A DNA stretch of 64,000 nt from Antedon mediterranea (lineage: Eukaryota > Animalia > Echinodermata). This document shows, in pieces, positions 19,501-33,184 of this stretch. Numbering within the stretch: position 1 is the stretch's first letter; each line of letters starts with the position of its first letter. Under the pieces are notes generated by a model that had not been told where the DNA came from, did not search any database, and was given only the letters and a program-made list of their open reading frames with translations. The translations under genes and the position numbers were made by a program. The stretch covers positions 11,408,001 through 11,472,000 of the forward strand of contig NC_092671.1 of the NCBI RefSeq assembly GCF_964355755.1, written 5' to 3'.

Positions 19501-22500
19501 TCTAACTTAATTTAATTAGTAAACAGGGTTACATCAGGTGGTTAAAATCAGTACCGAAAGTACGAACCAACTTTATATACCATCGAGTAAAAATTATAGA
19601 AGTAAGGCGCGATTTACCGAATTTTGCCCTTACGTAAATTTATATATATATATATATAATAGTACCGTATGCTATGATTATAATCCTAATTTAGGCTAAA
19701 TTCGGACACTATTTGGTGGTGGTACGTGACTTTCAATAGAGCATGCATCGATGTTGAACTAATCTAGACTTACGAATCCAAATATTGATGAAACAAGCAA
19801 CACCACCAGCAACGAGGGTACCTGCTAGTGAACATCGTCTGCCCAGCATCTGAATAAAGAACCAAGTGAACAGGTAGGCAAACAACTCGGTAACACCACC
19901 CAAGAAAGTTCCAATGTATACGTCGACGTTTAGACCCTCAACACCATACGTCAAACCATAGTAGGCAAGGTTAACGGCAAACCTATTTTAAACATTAGTT
20001 TAAGCAACATTTAGTTTTAGTTCGAATCTATGAAAAATATATCTCTGATATGGCTGTAATGACATGGCATTACACTTTTACCTTTTTTACTTTTTCGGTC
20101 ACAGAGTTTTAGAGCGGAAAATAGTTTTAATACACAAATAAACAAGAAATATGTCGTACCAACTATATGTTATGTAAACAGTTTTTCTTCTCATCTGTGG
20201 ATATCGAAGTATAATCAACGGACTAGTCTTGGTACTTTCACTTGAATCCTATAATAAAAATTCATGCGTTTTACGTTACATTTTGTTTTATTAACTTTCT
20301 TTTATTCAATTAAAGATGTATTGTCCCAAAAACATGAAAAATAAAATTAGACTTTGAATAGATTATTTTGTAGTTTTAATAACGTTTTCGTAGAAAACAA
20401 ACTTACAAAATTAATGTTTTCACTTATAAAATGACAAAATAAATGGTTAAATTCAACCAAAAACGTATTGGCAGCCAATTTAATAATGTTTGCTTTAAGC
20501 TACAATTTTTAGGTAAATACATTTTTTCGATTACATATTTTGGTATAAGTGGATAACTATTAGGTGTTAATGTCACCTATTATCCACTTATACCAAAAAT
20601 GGCATATTCAAAAACAAAATGTTAAGAATAATTTTTTCAGGGTGGTGTGTGGCGGTGTCAATACATCTTTAAAAACATATAAAATTACTATTACGATGAC
20701 ATTTTGCCAGCGAAAATGTTTCAACTTACACATCCAACTTCTAAATTGGCCAATATGTCATCTGGTAAATCTCCAACTTTATTTCTTTTTGCAATTTTTT
20801 GAATAACAAGCTTTGCTTCTTCAGTTCTCCCCTTGGCAAGAAGCCAGCGAGGTGACTCTGGAATAAAACTGTAAACACGATCAAACTAATTTAGAAATTA
20901 ATTACTAGATTACCTACAAGCCACCGAAACATATAACATAAAAATATTATAATACCAACTTTGATTGACCATAATTATTGTTTAAATATCTATAAAAAAA
21001 ATTGTTACCATATGCGAATTAATTCACAGAGCTAATATTCACATGATGCTCCCGAAACAAAGTCTTAAGTTTTTATGAGTGGAGTTCTTTTTTTGATTGT
21101 CATAAGAAAAAAAAGTGACACTTTACACGATTTGAACAGTATGACCCTACTGTACGATCAATATACAAGGCTACAACTAAACTTTACAATAGCTAATTAT
21201 TATTTCCTGTGTACATTCATTTAAGGAACATATGTAATATATCAATTCACAAATTACACTTTACATGCTTTCCGTTTTTAATTTATAAAAGTACACTTAT
21301 AATACATTGGTTCTTACAAGTAAAGCAACAGCAGAGGGGAAAGGGAAATGCTGAAAGTCATGAGAAGCTTGTCCCATGATCTAATGAAATAAGCAATCAG
21401 AGCTAACATCATTATGCCAAAGCACCAATAGATCGTCACAATGGTAGACATCATGGCTCTTCTTGATGGAGCAACTACTTCCGTAACTGAAAATAATAAC
21501 AGAGAAAAAACAACATTTAAATACAAATTGTCTGTATGGTATTAAATTATCGGGACAGTCTACGAAATATATTGGAAATGTTCATTGTATGCCCGTGACG
21601 AACAGTTATCTCATCAAAATATTATTATTCAGCTTAAAAAGTCAGGACATTTACCGGGTACTTATACAGGGTGTTGTTTTTATCAGACATGGTACTGTAG
21701 TAGGGACCTTAGAAAATTGCGACGACCAACCTATAGGGCCTACGCATACCGTGCCGTTTTCGTCCCTTGTACCTCCATGCCCACAATGCATTACCTATGA
21801 CGTCAATCGAAAACTTCTTAATTATATCGTCTCAATATTGAGGAGATTTTACGTGAATGTGGGTACACTGTGCAGTATTACCTATCTTCAGATCTGAATA
21901 TACCATTTGAATTGTTTTTGTTCAGGTGGTCATAGTTTTTGTAATATATATAAGTGGGTTTTTTTTCGCAACGGTTTAGATTATGAATTTTAAAGATAAA
22001 ATATTATTCCTACCGTATGTAAATACTGAAACATATAACCCAATGTCAGCTAATCCGCCCAGGAAGCGGAAACTCACATACATCACATATGATTTCGACA
22101 GACTGCATAACATCGTGAATGATAAAGCCAATGCAAAGCCTAAAAACACTCCTTTTCTTCTTCCTAGACTAACAATTGAAGTTTATAAAATATAAGTAGT
22201 GTAATGAATGAATGAATAAGAATCACACAGTAGTCCAAGATTACTTAAGATTAAACTACACTCAAACATGGATTAAGGAATAGACTCGAAAGCACATATA
22301 ATTAGGAAAATCGCGAAAACCATTTAAAAAAAAAGAACAATCAGAGAGTTGCAACATCCACCAGGAGTAACAGGTATCAAGAATCGTGAAAAACATACTT
22401 CTTGTATAGTTACGGCCTAAAATTAGTAAAAGAATAAAAAGTGGTCTAGAATGGCATGATACTATTATGAAGGTACCGAATTCTTTCATTTATCTAAAAC

Positions 22501-24005
22501 TTACAAATCACAAAGAAGTCCGAATAGAATAGAACCAACAAAGAAGCCTGCTAGGTACAACGATGACGCCAAGGACACCAAATAACTGTCTTCACACACC
22601 AGGTCAAACTACCAAAATATAATGCATATTATATAAATCTTTATTGTTGACACTAATAAGGCATTGTTGTGATGTTTTGGAACAACTCCTGAAATATAGG
22701 TAACAATGATTTTAGAATGATTGGAAAATAATATTCATCTGGTTTGAAGATACGATATTTTAACAATCTATTTTGATTCGTTTTTCGATAAACCAAAATT
22801 AGTTACTGACCTGACTAACAGTTTCACTACTCCTTTCACGAACAGTCAGGCAGGTCAGTAACTAATTTTGGTTTGTAAAAATACTATATTTTTAAAATAA
22901 TGATTTTAGAAGTTATATATCATAATATACGGTAATGTGGGCTGAAACGGACGGTAAGTATATAGGCCTACTGTTGTTGGTGGCATTCAGTATCATTTAT
23001 TCGGTCTATTTCAATTATACTTTTAAAAAAACCCTGAAATTGGGAAGACTAGGATTAACATTAAATGATCTATTATTGCTGTTATTTCAAATGGCAATCA
23101 AGTAGGCCTATTCTTTTTTTCATGGGAAATCGTTTGAACTCACTAAGCTTGCTCATATACCAGGGATGAGTTAATTTAACTCTTCTCTGATCATATTGTT
23201 TTTCACATAAGTATTCACCACGAGCTAAACTTTATTGTTCATACACAATGAAAGTTTTTAATATAAGCTACTCCAACGCAACCGTTTCTAAAATCTAAAA
23301 CTAATCTCTATTTTGATTTGTAATAATCTCACTCAATAAGTAATCCACACAATAGAGCATGCATTAGGAGAGACACCGTTACTTTAAGCAGTCTATAAAT
23401 GCCAATGGCTTATTGTTAATAACTTATCAGTGTGTATACAGTATTAATACATACGTCATATGGATTAGTATGTCACTTCGAAGTTTGTTTTTTGACCAGC
23501 ATAATGTGCAAAAAAAACCAATGTTATCTTTAATTCAACATTATATCTATTTAATGTTTTTATGGTTTTATTCATCTGTAAACCATAATCCTTCTTTCTT
23601 AAGATTTGTCCTACCTCTTGATGAACACAAAATAAACAATCTTACCTCAGACACAATAGTGGAATCATACCGTGATCGATCGTAAGCCCATCCATGTTCA
23701 CAATCAATCAGTTCAGTCGTATCATTTGCATACATTCTACATTGTGTTTCGTTAATTAATAGTGTCCCCTCATCATCAGGTGGAAGACTCATGCTATCGT
23801 TTGTATTCCAGCAGTCACCGAGATAAAGCTCGCTACAATTAGCTTCATCTGGAGGCTTGCAATGGTGATCCATATTTCCACTGATAAACACGGTTGATAT
23901 ATTAGTAAACGAATTCAAAAATATAAGACAGCATATTGACAATGTCACCAGTTTGTGATAGAGACCATATTCACCAATGTAGTTAAAGACGTTATCAAAC
24001 TTCAT
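16513..24005 (-). CDS. SLC22/organic cation transporter-like gene A, 10 exons, about 538 aa
   Basis: Exons 24005-23646, 22608-22505, 22168-22014, 21486-21318, 20868-20730, 20248-20160, 19982-19774, 17180-17066, 16877-16668, 16579-16513, with consistent phases. Motifs STIVSE-FDLVC, LGRR, PESPRWL, ELFPT.IR, LLPET. Confidence 0.93.
17340..17855. repeat. Nested inverted duplication of the tRNA-containing repeat
   Basis: Perfect palindrome 17340-17423 centred on (TA)n; 17380-17566 is inverted at 17670-17853. Confidence 0.85.
17889..18689 (-). mobile_element. Non-autonomous Helentron/DINE-1-like element (HINE)
   Basis: (GACA/GACC)n tracts at 17940-17998 and 18598-18652, a duplicated core, a terminal stem agtcgc..gtgactaaaaa and an aacaaggcc end; a related short copy lies at about 32320-32410. 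Confidence 0.55.
18824..18895 (+). ncRNA. tRNA-like cloverleaf (anticodon ATC) inside a dispersed repeat; other copies at 17500-17574(-), 17670-17735(+, truncated), 31091-31166(-)
   Basis: Acceptor GCCCCAG/TTGGGGC, D stem GTCT/GGAC, anticodon stem TCTGC/GCAGG with loop ATATCAA, T arm CCGAG-TTCGAGT-CTCGG, followed by a T5 run. Confidence 0.75.
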
Positions 24006-24642
24006 AGTGTGATACTGGCAGTATACTTATTCAACAACCAAACCTGACGCTACTGATCCCTGGATAGGATTGGTTCTATTGTGTGTAGGCTACAGTTGTT
24101 ACAAATTAACATAGCACAAGACCATATATAGAATACCTTTAAATGCATCAGCGCGCAATTATTGTGTTTCTAGTTTGGTACTTATTCAACAACCAATCCT
24201 GACGCTACTGATCCCTGGATAGGATTGGTTCTATTGTGTGTAGGCTACAGTTGTTACAAATTAACATAGCACAAGACCATATATAGAATACCTTTAAATG
24301 CATCAGCGCGCAATTATTGTGTTTCTAGTTGTTATATCTAAAATCCTGTAGTGACTCTTTCTCGGCTAAATTTAAGACTTATTCTCAAAACGGATATGAC
24401 CAATGAAGTGTAATTACAAAAATTAGACAGTGTATACCACGATCGGAAAACACCCCTACTTGGGGGGAAATCGTTGAAGCTAAATTCGTTTTAATTGTCA
24501 ATAATTAATTATCTAACTCAATTTTATTAGTAAACATGGTTACATCAGGTGGTTAAAATCAGTACTGAAAGTACGAACCAACTTTATAAACCATCAATTA
24601 AACAAGTAACGCGCAACTTTAAATTGTAAAATATTAGATCTA

Positions 24643-24797
<155 letters not shown>

Positions 24798-25204
24798 ACA
24801 AGAGGCAAAGAACATTAATTCTAAACCCCCATTTTATAAATGCAACCTTTAGTTATCGACACAGTGACATAGCATAGTCATCGCCTCCACAATTATATTA
24901 TTTTGTTTGCCAAGTATATTACTTGCTTTGGGTGTTTGTACGTCCACAATTTATTTTCAAGTTATCATCCTGAATTTATTTTCAACAGCCAATGAAAATC
25001 GATATATTGGTGACGTAATAAACCTTATTCATATTGAAATATCGAGTTATCTTTATAAAAAAAGCTTTTTTAAACTAAATACAGTATTGCCCCACGTTGT
25101 TCAATGAAAGTGTCTTATTAATAAGGGTTTTCCTTTAAATAGGGGTGTCCTGTTTACGTTCTTTCAATGTAAGTAGTTTATCATTATATATATATAGTAT
25201 ACAT

Positions 25205-26953
25205 ATATAAATTCAAAGGAAAATTACTGAAAAAATGACAATGCTGTGGGTAACAGTGGCTGGATCTCAATGGAGATACAAAAAAAAGCGAAAAGCTAAA
25301 TCAAAACGATAAAGTAAAACAGCCAGAAAAGTTAGCAGAGCTTTCGGGCAACACTAGCCCTTCATCAGTGCAAGTGAAGGAATTTGGATAACGTCATAGT
25401 ATAAGAACTGGCAAGTGCTGCCTGGGTGAACAGGAATAAAAGAAATACAACAAAAGGTGACAGGGTGGAGTCAAAATAAGAGAAGAAAAAAAAAGAAGGT
25501 AGCTTGGTAGAGATATAAACAATTCTGGAATGAAACTAAGAAATGGTGGTTTAATATTGAAACTTAAATTTTGATAGTCAATGGAATAATTTTACCGATC
25601 TGGGAGTATGTACCTAATGTTAAGTCCAAAAGGTTTGTGGTTTTGAGTTGTAATTCCAAGTGGTTTTCTTTGTCTTTGCGAGTTTTGTCGCTCTATTTGA
25701 CATCGTGGTCTATTGCAATAACTCTGAAATTTGCAATCGAGTGACCAGCTGAATTAAAATTATGTCATGAGAGTTAATTTCACTCTTAAATTTGGATCTG
25801 ACTAATATATCACGAAGGTTGGGAGGTCTACGAAGTGCAATAATGTGTGGTTCCGGAAAAACAGTCATGAGACGTTCTATGGACTGTATAATGGCCATAT
25901 GTTTCTCAATAATAGCCCGTAATGGAGGCAACCTATGGTGATAAGTTGTGACCAATGGCACTCTGATCGAATTTGGCTAACGTGGTTTGTACATCAGTGT
26001 TTGACATCGAGGAATATCTTTTGCTTTCTTTATAGCAGTTTCGATGTATTCCTTCTTGTAATTTCTATTCCGGAGATGTCCGGTTAGTTCTTCGGTACGA
26101 TTCTGAAAATCTAAATCTAAAGAACAGATACGTCTGACGTAATGCTTGACTGTACGACGGTATGTTTTTAGTACAGTGTCGGGGATGGCAACTGCTAGGG
26201 AGCAGGTACATATTTTATCCGTGGGTTTACGGAATAGGTCAGTTTTGAGTTTACCATTTTCTATGGTCACTATAGTGTCCAAAAAATCAACGCTACTAGT
26301 GGATTTGGTAGCTGAAAATTTGATAGTTGGGTGGGCTGAATTAATATTCAGAAGAAAAGATTCCAACTTATCTTCACCATGAGTCCAGATCATGAAGATG
26401 TCGTCAATGTATCTAAAGCAAACAAGTGGTTTATTAGGTTGGAGGGACAGCAATTAGGCCTCAAATTGTCCCATAAATAAATTGGCAAAAGATGGCGCCA
26501 TTTTTGTTCCCATCGCTGTGCCATGAATTTGAAGGTAATGGTCATTTCCAAAATAAAAATTGTTGTTTGTTAAAATCAACATGAGCTCGTAAATGAGCTT
26601 TAGTGGGCGTTTTTCCTGGAATTTGTTTGTAATTTAAAATACATGCGTCGACTCCCTCTTCGTGAGGGATATACAACGATGAAACATCTAATGTAACCAG
26701 GTAAATTTTGAATTTGGTTAATTTTGCGGATAAAGTCCGTGAGGTCCTGAATGTATGAAGGGAGATCAGTCACATATGGTCTAAGTAAATCATCCACATA
26801 TTCAAAAATTTTCTCTGTAGCAGTGCCATTGCCCAAAATAATGGGTCTACCAGGATTGCCTGCTTTGTGCTAAGTCAAAACGATAAAGTAAAACAGCCAG
26901 AAAAGTTAGCAGAGCTTTTGGGCAACACTAGCCCGTCATCAGTGCAACTGAAG
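25205..26953 (-). mobile_element. Decayed Penelope-like retroelement with pseudo-LTRs
   Basis: Frameshifted RT fragments [42 protein letters not shown] and PLVTTYH..RRPPNLRD.LV. Direct repeats at 25300-25380 and 26875-26953. Confidence 0.9.
25335..25371 (-). ncRNA. Minimal type I hammerhead ribozyme in the Penelope pLTR
   Basis: Minus strand GCA-CTGATGA-A-GGGC-tagtgtt-GCCC-GAAA-GCTC-TGC: conserved core, stem II and a very short palindromic stem III. Confidence 0.8.
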
Positions 26954-27165
26954 GTACTTGGTATATATAGTACAGTATATACTATATACAGGCTGAATGC
27001 CTGAAAAACGATGTTTTCTTACCGTCAATTGCCTAATTTCTTAATAAATTTGTTTAATATACATCTTTTATTCACCCTCAGCAACATCGTGTTCTACATT
27101 CTTCATAGAATACCTCTAGTAATAAGTTTAACTTTTAAATATTGTACTATTTTTTTTGAAAACCA

Positions 27166-27499
27166 ATGCTCCTGCGAGTCTCATGGACTCAACACCGCAC
27201 AAATGATAGCATAAGAGAGGAGCTTAGTGTATCAAATGCTTGGTTAAAAAGCAGAAATTGTGCTATTTTGGGCACATTAAGCGGCAAGATGGAATGGAGA
27301 ATACAGTGTTAGAGGCTTATATTACAGGGAAGAGAAGAAGAGGAAGACCAAGATGCAAATGGAAAAAGACTATAACAGATGTGTTTGACTCTATGGAGCA
27401 AGCAAGTAGGATGGCAGAAGACATGAGATGGTTTCAGAATAGTGTTGTTAGAGAAGCCACGCGCTGATCAGAGTTTGCTTTACCGACGACGACGACGAC
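27166..27499 (+). mobile_element. 3' end of an RTE-clade LINE with (GAC)n tail
   Basis: KLCYFGHIKR...GKRRRGRPR; ends ccgacgacgacgacgac. Confidence 0.75.
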
Positions 27500-27811
27500 T
27501 ATTATTTAATTAAATTGTATTATATAATAAAGCTTACAAATTGTGTTTTTGTCTTTTATTCACCCTCAACAACATCATGTTTCTACATTCTTCATAGAGT
27601 ACTTCTTTTTAATGTAACTTTTAAATGCTTATAATTCAATTGTATTACTTAATCTATATTCCATTTTGTGTTTTTGTCTTATCTAATTTTGTTTACATGC
27701 CGTTAGTGTCTGGCCAGGAACCATGCACGACACCTTGGATTTTCTTTTGAACGTTGCCTCGTTGAAATAGACAAGTACCACAGTTCAAAGCTACATAATC
27801 AAATTATTTTT

Positions 27812-30800
27812 TCAAGATTGGTCTTGTTGTATTGTGGTATCTTTCTTCACTCCATTCATCTGTCTGTGAGTTTTTCTGAAATAAACATAATCAAATAATA
27901 ATGGTATCATCAGCTAGGCATTGTAAATATTTCCTTAACATAATTATGTATTATGACATAATATTACCTATCAGTTACATTAGGCTTATTTATCAATATA
28001 ATTTGACTATGATCGGAGTTTTATTAAACTGAAGGTTTAAGTGCGAATATTTTAGTCAATTTAGAACTCCTACCGTGTAAATAACTCGGCTTCTTGTATA
28101 GTCTGTGGTAGAGGAACATTTAAAGTTTCAGGCAAAAGAAGTGACAGAACACCAGAAGATGCTGCTGTAAAGCTAAACGCCACCAACGGTAGTGCTTTCC
28201 ACACTTTTTCAAGAAAGATAACTTGAGGAGCAAGTACTGCTGCCACCCGTGACCAAAATGAACAGAATCCTAAACCTGTGGTTCTAGATGCAAAACACTA
28301 TATGTAAAATATAACATATTGATTTCTCTAAGTACGCTCACGTACACTGATGAAGGGCTAGTGAATTTATTTCTGGCTGTTTTACTTTATCGTTTTTATT
28401 TAGCTTTTGGCTTATTCTATTTTGAATATTTTGACTCCCTCAAGATCCAGCAACTGATAGCCACAACATTGTCATTTTGTAAGTCATTATTGTATAGGCT
28501 TATTTGGTAACCACTCATAACCCATAATAGAATGGTGTTCTACTACAGTATATAATAATGTTAGCAACAATTAGGCCTTTTCTCAGGCATAGCTTACCTA
28601 ATACTGGTTGGGAATAGTTCAGCTGTATATACGTAAACAACCATAAAAGCAGCTGTAATAAAGAATTTTCCAATCATAGCTATAGTCGTTCTTACAGCTA
28701 TAAGTTCCAAAGCTGTAAATAAAAAGATGAATCTTTATCAAAATGACGATGCTTTCTTATTTATGATTAGACCTATAACGGTAGAAACCCGGAACTCTTC
28801 TATTCAGGGCACCCATATTAAGGTACCATACATTATAAAGGGGCCCTTTTCCATGAAACCAACGAAGGGCAATATTACATTAACAATATACGGCCAATAT
28901 ATATCCAGTGGAAAATGTATTAAGTCAGAAGATGTCCTCTAAATAAATATAGTTTCTTTATACAGCTCTGTCTAACACTATCTAACTTTATGTGACAAAT
29001 TTCATATCACTATCATTTTTGGGCATATCACACTTGTTTTGTCAAACTTTTGATAGTGTAGACAGAGCTTAACCCATACGGCGATTATAATGACATACGG
29101 AAACGAAATTTTCTTCAAGTAAGTAACTACTATATGACTTAAATTATGTACAAATTATCAGAAACTATAATTATAATAATAAATCAGCTCACGTATCCAT
29201 ATGTTGACAAAACAAGCTAATCCACCAGAAACTAGACTCCCTGCCAGAGAATTACGTCTACCAAATCTTTGAAGAAAGTACCATCCACACAGATTTGAAA
29301 GTAACTCAGTAACTCCGCCAACGAAGGTTCCGAGGTAAACGTCAACATTTAGACCTTCAACACCGTATGTCAGGCCATAATAGCCCAGGTTAACTGCAAA
29401 CCTTTTTATAGATAAAACAAATAATAAAGGTACTTGTAATTGTAGACATTTAATTTGTTTTGTATACCTAGTATCGGTGCAACGAGAGTAGCAGGACCCT
29501 TCCTTTTGGAAATCCATTAAAAGTACACTTTTATACAGTAACATACCTTAGGAGAATTCATGTTTTAAACTGCAGCAAACGCTTATTGACCGTGAAGCCC
29601 CTATTATTCAAAATAATTAAGGACACACTCGTATCAATTTACTTGGGGCTTGAGTTTTTTGTTTGTTTTGTTTTTGCACTTTGAGTAGGCCTAGGCCTAC
29701 AGTCAATTAATATTTCTTATGTTGTTTAAATTAATTTAATTGTTAACAGCCATGAATTTATACAAGAATAATACGTACCAGCAGTATGTCATACAGGCTG
29801 TTTTCTTCCTCATCTCAGGATACCGGATAATGTCAAGAGGATTGGTTTTTATTTTTTCTGAATCCTGTAAAGTAAGAATAGGCCTATATATTTTTTAATT
29901 ATCTGAGCTACCGAATCAATCCGCAATGAAAGTTTAATTTGTTAAGACTCTTGATTGCTTCTTAGATGATTCTTATATAGATAAGTTATTATATATTTAT
30001 ATATAATAAGGAACCATATATTATTAAAGGGCCCTTTTCCGTAAAACAAACACAAGGGCAATATCGTTCTAACAACTAACTCACTTGCAATGAAGGGCTA
30101 GTGTTGCTTGAAAGCTCTGCTAAATTTTGTTCTGGCTGTTTTAGTTTATCGTTTTGATTTAGCTTTTTGCTTATTTATTCTCCATTGAGATCCAGCCACT
30201 GATACCCACAGCATTGTCATTATTCTCAGTAATTTGCCTTTGAATTTGTATATAATAACTATAAAGCAAGTAATGAACTAGTTCAAATTTTAAAGAAAAA
30301 ATTCAATGTTTATAGTTAGTTCCTCCTTCTAAAACAGTTGATAAACCAAAAACTATTAGTGCAACGACACAGTGGCGCTTACGTTGACATCTAGATTGTC
30401 CAATATTTCATCAGGAACATCTTTAGCGTTGTTTCCTTTGGCAATTTGACGGATAACGCGTTTTGCTTCTTCTACTTGACCGTTAACTAGTAACCAACGA
30501 GCTGACTCCGGAACGAAACTAAAAGAAAATGCGTCATTATAAACATTATTAATTGATTCTTTTTATATAGATTTAAAGTATTTGTTCAAGTAATTGGTTT
30601 ATTAGGTTTCATTACACAACTGTGTACTATACTTTTTGTGTATAAGCTTTGATTCCGAGATTTCCTCCTTCCATTTTTTTTATTCGTTTTTTTCTCTTTG
30701 TACTTTTCTTATTTATGTAATGTGTATGATAAATGGAAATAAATAAATAAAGAAAGAACTGCACAGTATTCTTACAGATAAAGAAGTAGAAAAGGCGATA

Positions 30801-33184
30801 GTATGATGCTGACAACAAGAAGTAGTGTGTCCCATGCTCTGATGAAAAATGCTATTACAGAGAGAATCATTATCGCAAAGCACCAATAACAACCAAAAAT
30901 GGCTGAAACCTTGGCTCGTTCAGAAGGAGCAACCAACTCATTCACTAAAAAATAAACGTAGTCCAAAATTAGTGGAGGAAAAAACAATTAATATCTTCTG
31001 TTTCAGACAGAAAATAATTGGGTATATATTATATATTATAATAAACTTGAAACGATAAATATGTGGAAATCTGTGAGAATGAGAAAAAGTCGCCCCAACC
31101 GAGACTCGAACCCGCAACCTTCTGCTTGATATGCAGATATCCTAACCATTAGACCTGCATTGGGGCTTTCATGATATTGTTCAAACTCGATTGGATAGCG
31201 ACTCTTTAACACTCTCGGCGTGGTACGGCGGAACAGCACTATTCCCTTAATTGTACGCACGCGCACCAGAGATCAAATTGATACGTTTATATTATAATAA
31301 ACGTTACAAATGTTATGCCCGGAGCTGCCCTTTAACATATACCTGAATGGGTTAGATAGTAAGAAAGTGTAAATGAGAGAGGGTTTTTACTTACAATATG
31401 TAAAGTTTACAATAGCTAAACCAATATCAGCTGCTCCTGCTATAAATCTGCAAATAGCGTAAAACCAGTATGATGTGGATAAGCCTGTCAGGACACCCAT
31501 TAAAAGTAACAGAAAAAAAGATAGAAAAGTTGTCTTCTTTCTTCCAAAGCTACATAATAAAATATAACATTAAGAGTCTAATTTTAACGTTTACTCTTAA
31601 CCATTATGGTTGGTATACATTTGGCTGGTATACAGTACGATAAACTCAGCATAAAGCTTACTTATTAAGGGGGCTTTTTACTGTGAAACAATCACGATGA
31701 GTGTTTTTTGACCTATCACAAGCGATGGATTATTCGATCTGTCGCTTGTAATTGGCCAACTCGCTTGCGTTGCGTTTAAGTTCATGCTTTGCGTCTAGAG
31801 ATCTGTGGCCGTATTCACCATTCCCACTTAGGAAACAATTACCCTTAAACCATTAAAAAATCTCCTATTAAAGTGAATACAATTTAAGAAAAATACTTAA
31901 ATATTTATTACGTTAAGTGAAATACTTAATATTTAAGGGAAATATCTCACTTAAGTGTGATTGGTGAATACGACCACTGGGAACCAATCTTATCTTTGTT
32001 GAACCCGAATGTGTCCTCTTAAATGTTCTATTTCATCACTTAAAGCATTCAATTCTATCAATTATTACTAATTCATACATCCTGTTCCAATGAAAATAGA
32101 TTTCACATCACGAGTTTTGAAAGCGCCATTTGTGAACGTCATTAATATATATATATATACAGTATATGATAGGCATAATAATATTTTAACATCAATAAAA
32201 TCCGGAACAAAGTAGTCAAGAGCTGTTTATAATGATTACATTGCTGCAACCCAATTAATACAAATTTACTGCATAAAGCACGAGTAACGACAGAGACTTG
32301 CTCCAAGTTATTGTATTTTTTACTCTCTACAGCCCACTATGTAGGTCGGTCGGTTGGTCGGTAAACACTAACTTGAGCACGCGACGGTAGCCGTGTATAT
32401 GGCCTTGTTTATGTTAGTATAACAGTATAACTCATTGATTTTTGTCCGATTCCAATTCAAGTATAAGTATGGCAGGCCACGTGTGCCAAAATGGTTATTT
32501 TTTTTTTAAATATATGAATCGCCGTCTAGAACAAAGACTATAAGAGATCATAACAATTACAATAACTCACTAATCACACATGAATCCAAATAGTAATGAT
32601 CCAAAAAAAAATCCACCAAGGTACATCGATTGCGATAATGTTACTTTGTAGCTGTCTTCACAGACCAAATCAAACTACAGTAAAAAGAAAGATGAAATAT
32701 GAAGTGTACATACAGTACATATTGAGAGAATAGAGATGACCAACTGTCACTCATGAACAGTCGGCATCCAACCACTATATTTTGTTATTATTATAAAAAT
32801 AAGCAAAATGCAGTTTCTTACCTCTGAAACAATCGTAGACTCAAATATTAATCTGTCATAGGTCCAGCCATATTTACATGTTGTCGTTTCGGTCTTATTA
32901 TCATCTGCATACATTCTGCACTTGGTTTCATTAACCAACAGTGTCCCCTTATCATCTGGTGGAAGACTCATGCTACCGTTGGTATTCCAACAATCACCGA
33001 GATAAAGCTCGCTACAATTAGCTTCATCTGGAGGCTTGCAATGGTGATCCATAGTTCCACTGATAAACACGGTTGATATATTTGAAAATGTATTGGAAAC
33101 AACAAGAGCACACATCAAGAGTGAAAGGAGTTTTTGATAGCGTCCATATTCACCAATATAAACGAAGACGTCGTCAAATTTCAT
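27812..33184 (-). CDS. SLC22/organic cation transporter-like gene B, 10 exons, about 536 aa
   Basis: Exons 33184-32822, 32674-32571, 31549-31395, 30944-30776, 30518-30383, 29864-29779, 29401-29193, 28712-28598, 28283-28074, 27875-27812. Same phases and mostly identical exon sizes as gene A; all introns GT-AG. Confidence 0.93.
28345..28480 (+). mobile_element. Solo Penelope pLTR remnant (second copy at 30080-30255)
   Basis: Reverse-complement match to 25205-25375 (ctgatgaagggctagtg...ctggctgttttactttatcgtttt...gatccagc..ctgata.ccaca.cattgtcat). Confidence 0.8.
28964..29070. mobile_element. Small MITE family (copies also at about 43807-43931, 47385-47533, 53034-53150)
   Basis: TIRs agctctgtctacactatcaaac / gtttgatagtgtagacagagct, often next to TAA/TTA. 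Confidence 0.75.
31047..31287 (-). mobile_element. tRNA-containing repeat copy with a 15-bp flanking duplication
   Basis: tatattataataaac at 31032-31046 and 31288-31302 brackets the copy. Confidence 0.75.
31805..31978. mobile_element. MITE (related copy at about 45269-45396)
   Basis: TIR gtggccgtattcacca / tggtgaatacgaccac. Confidence 0.6.
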
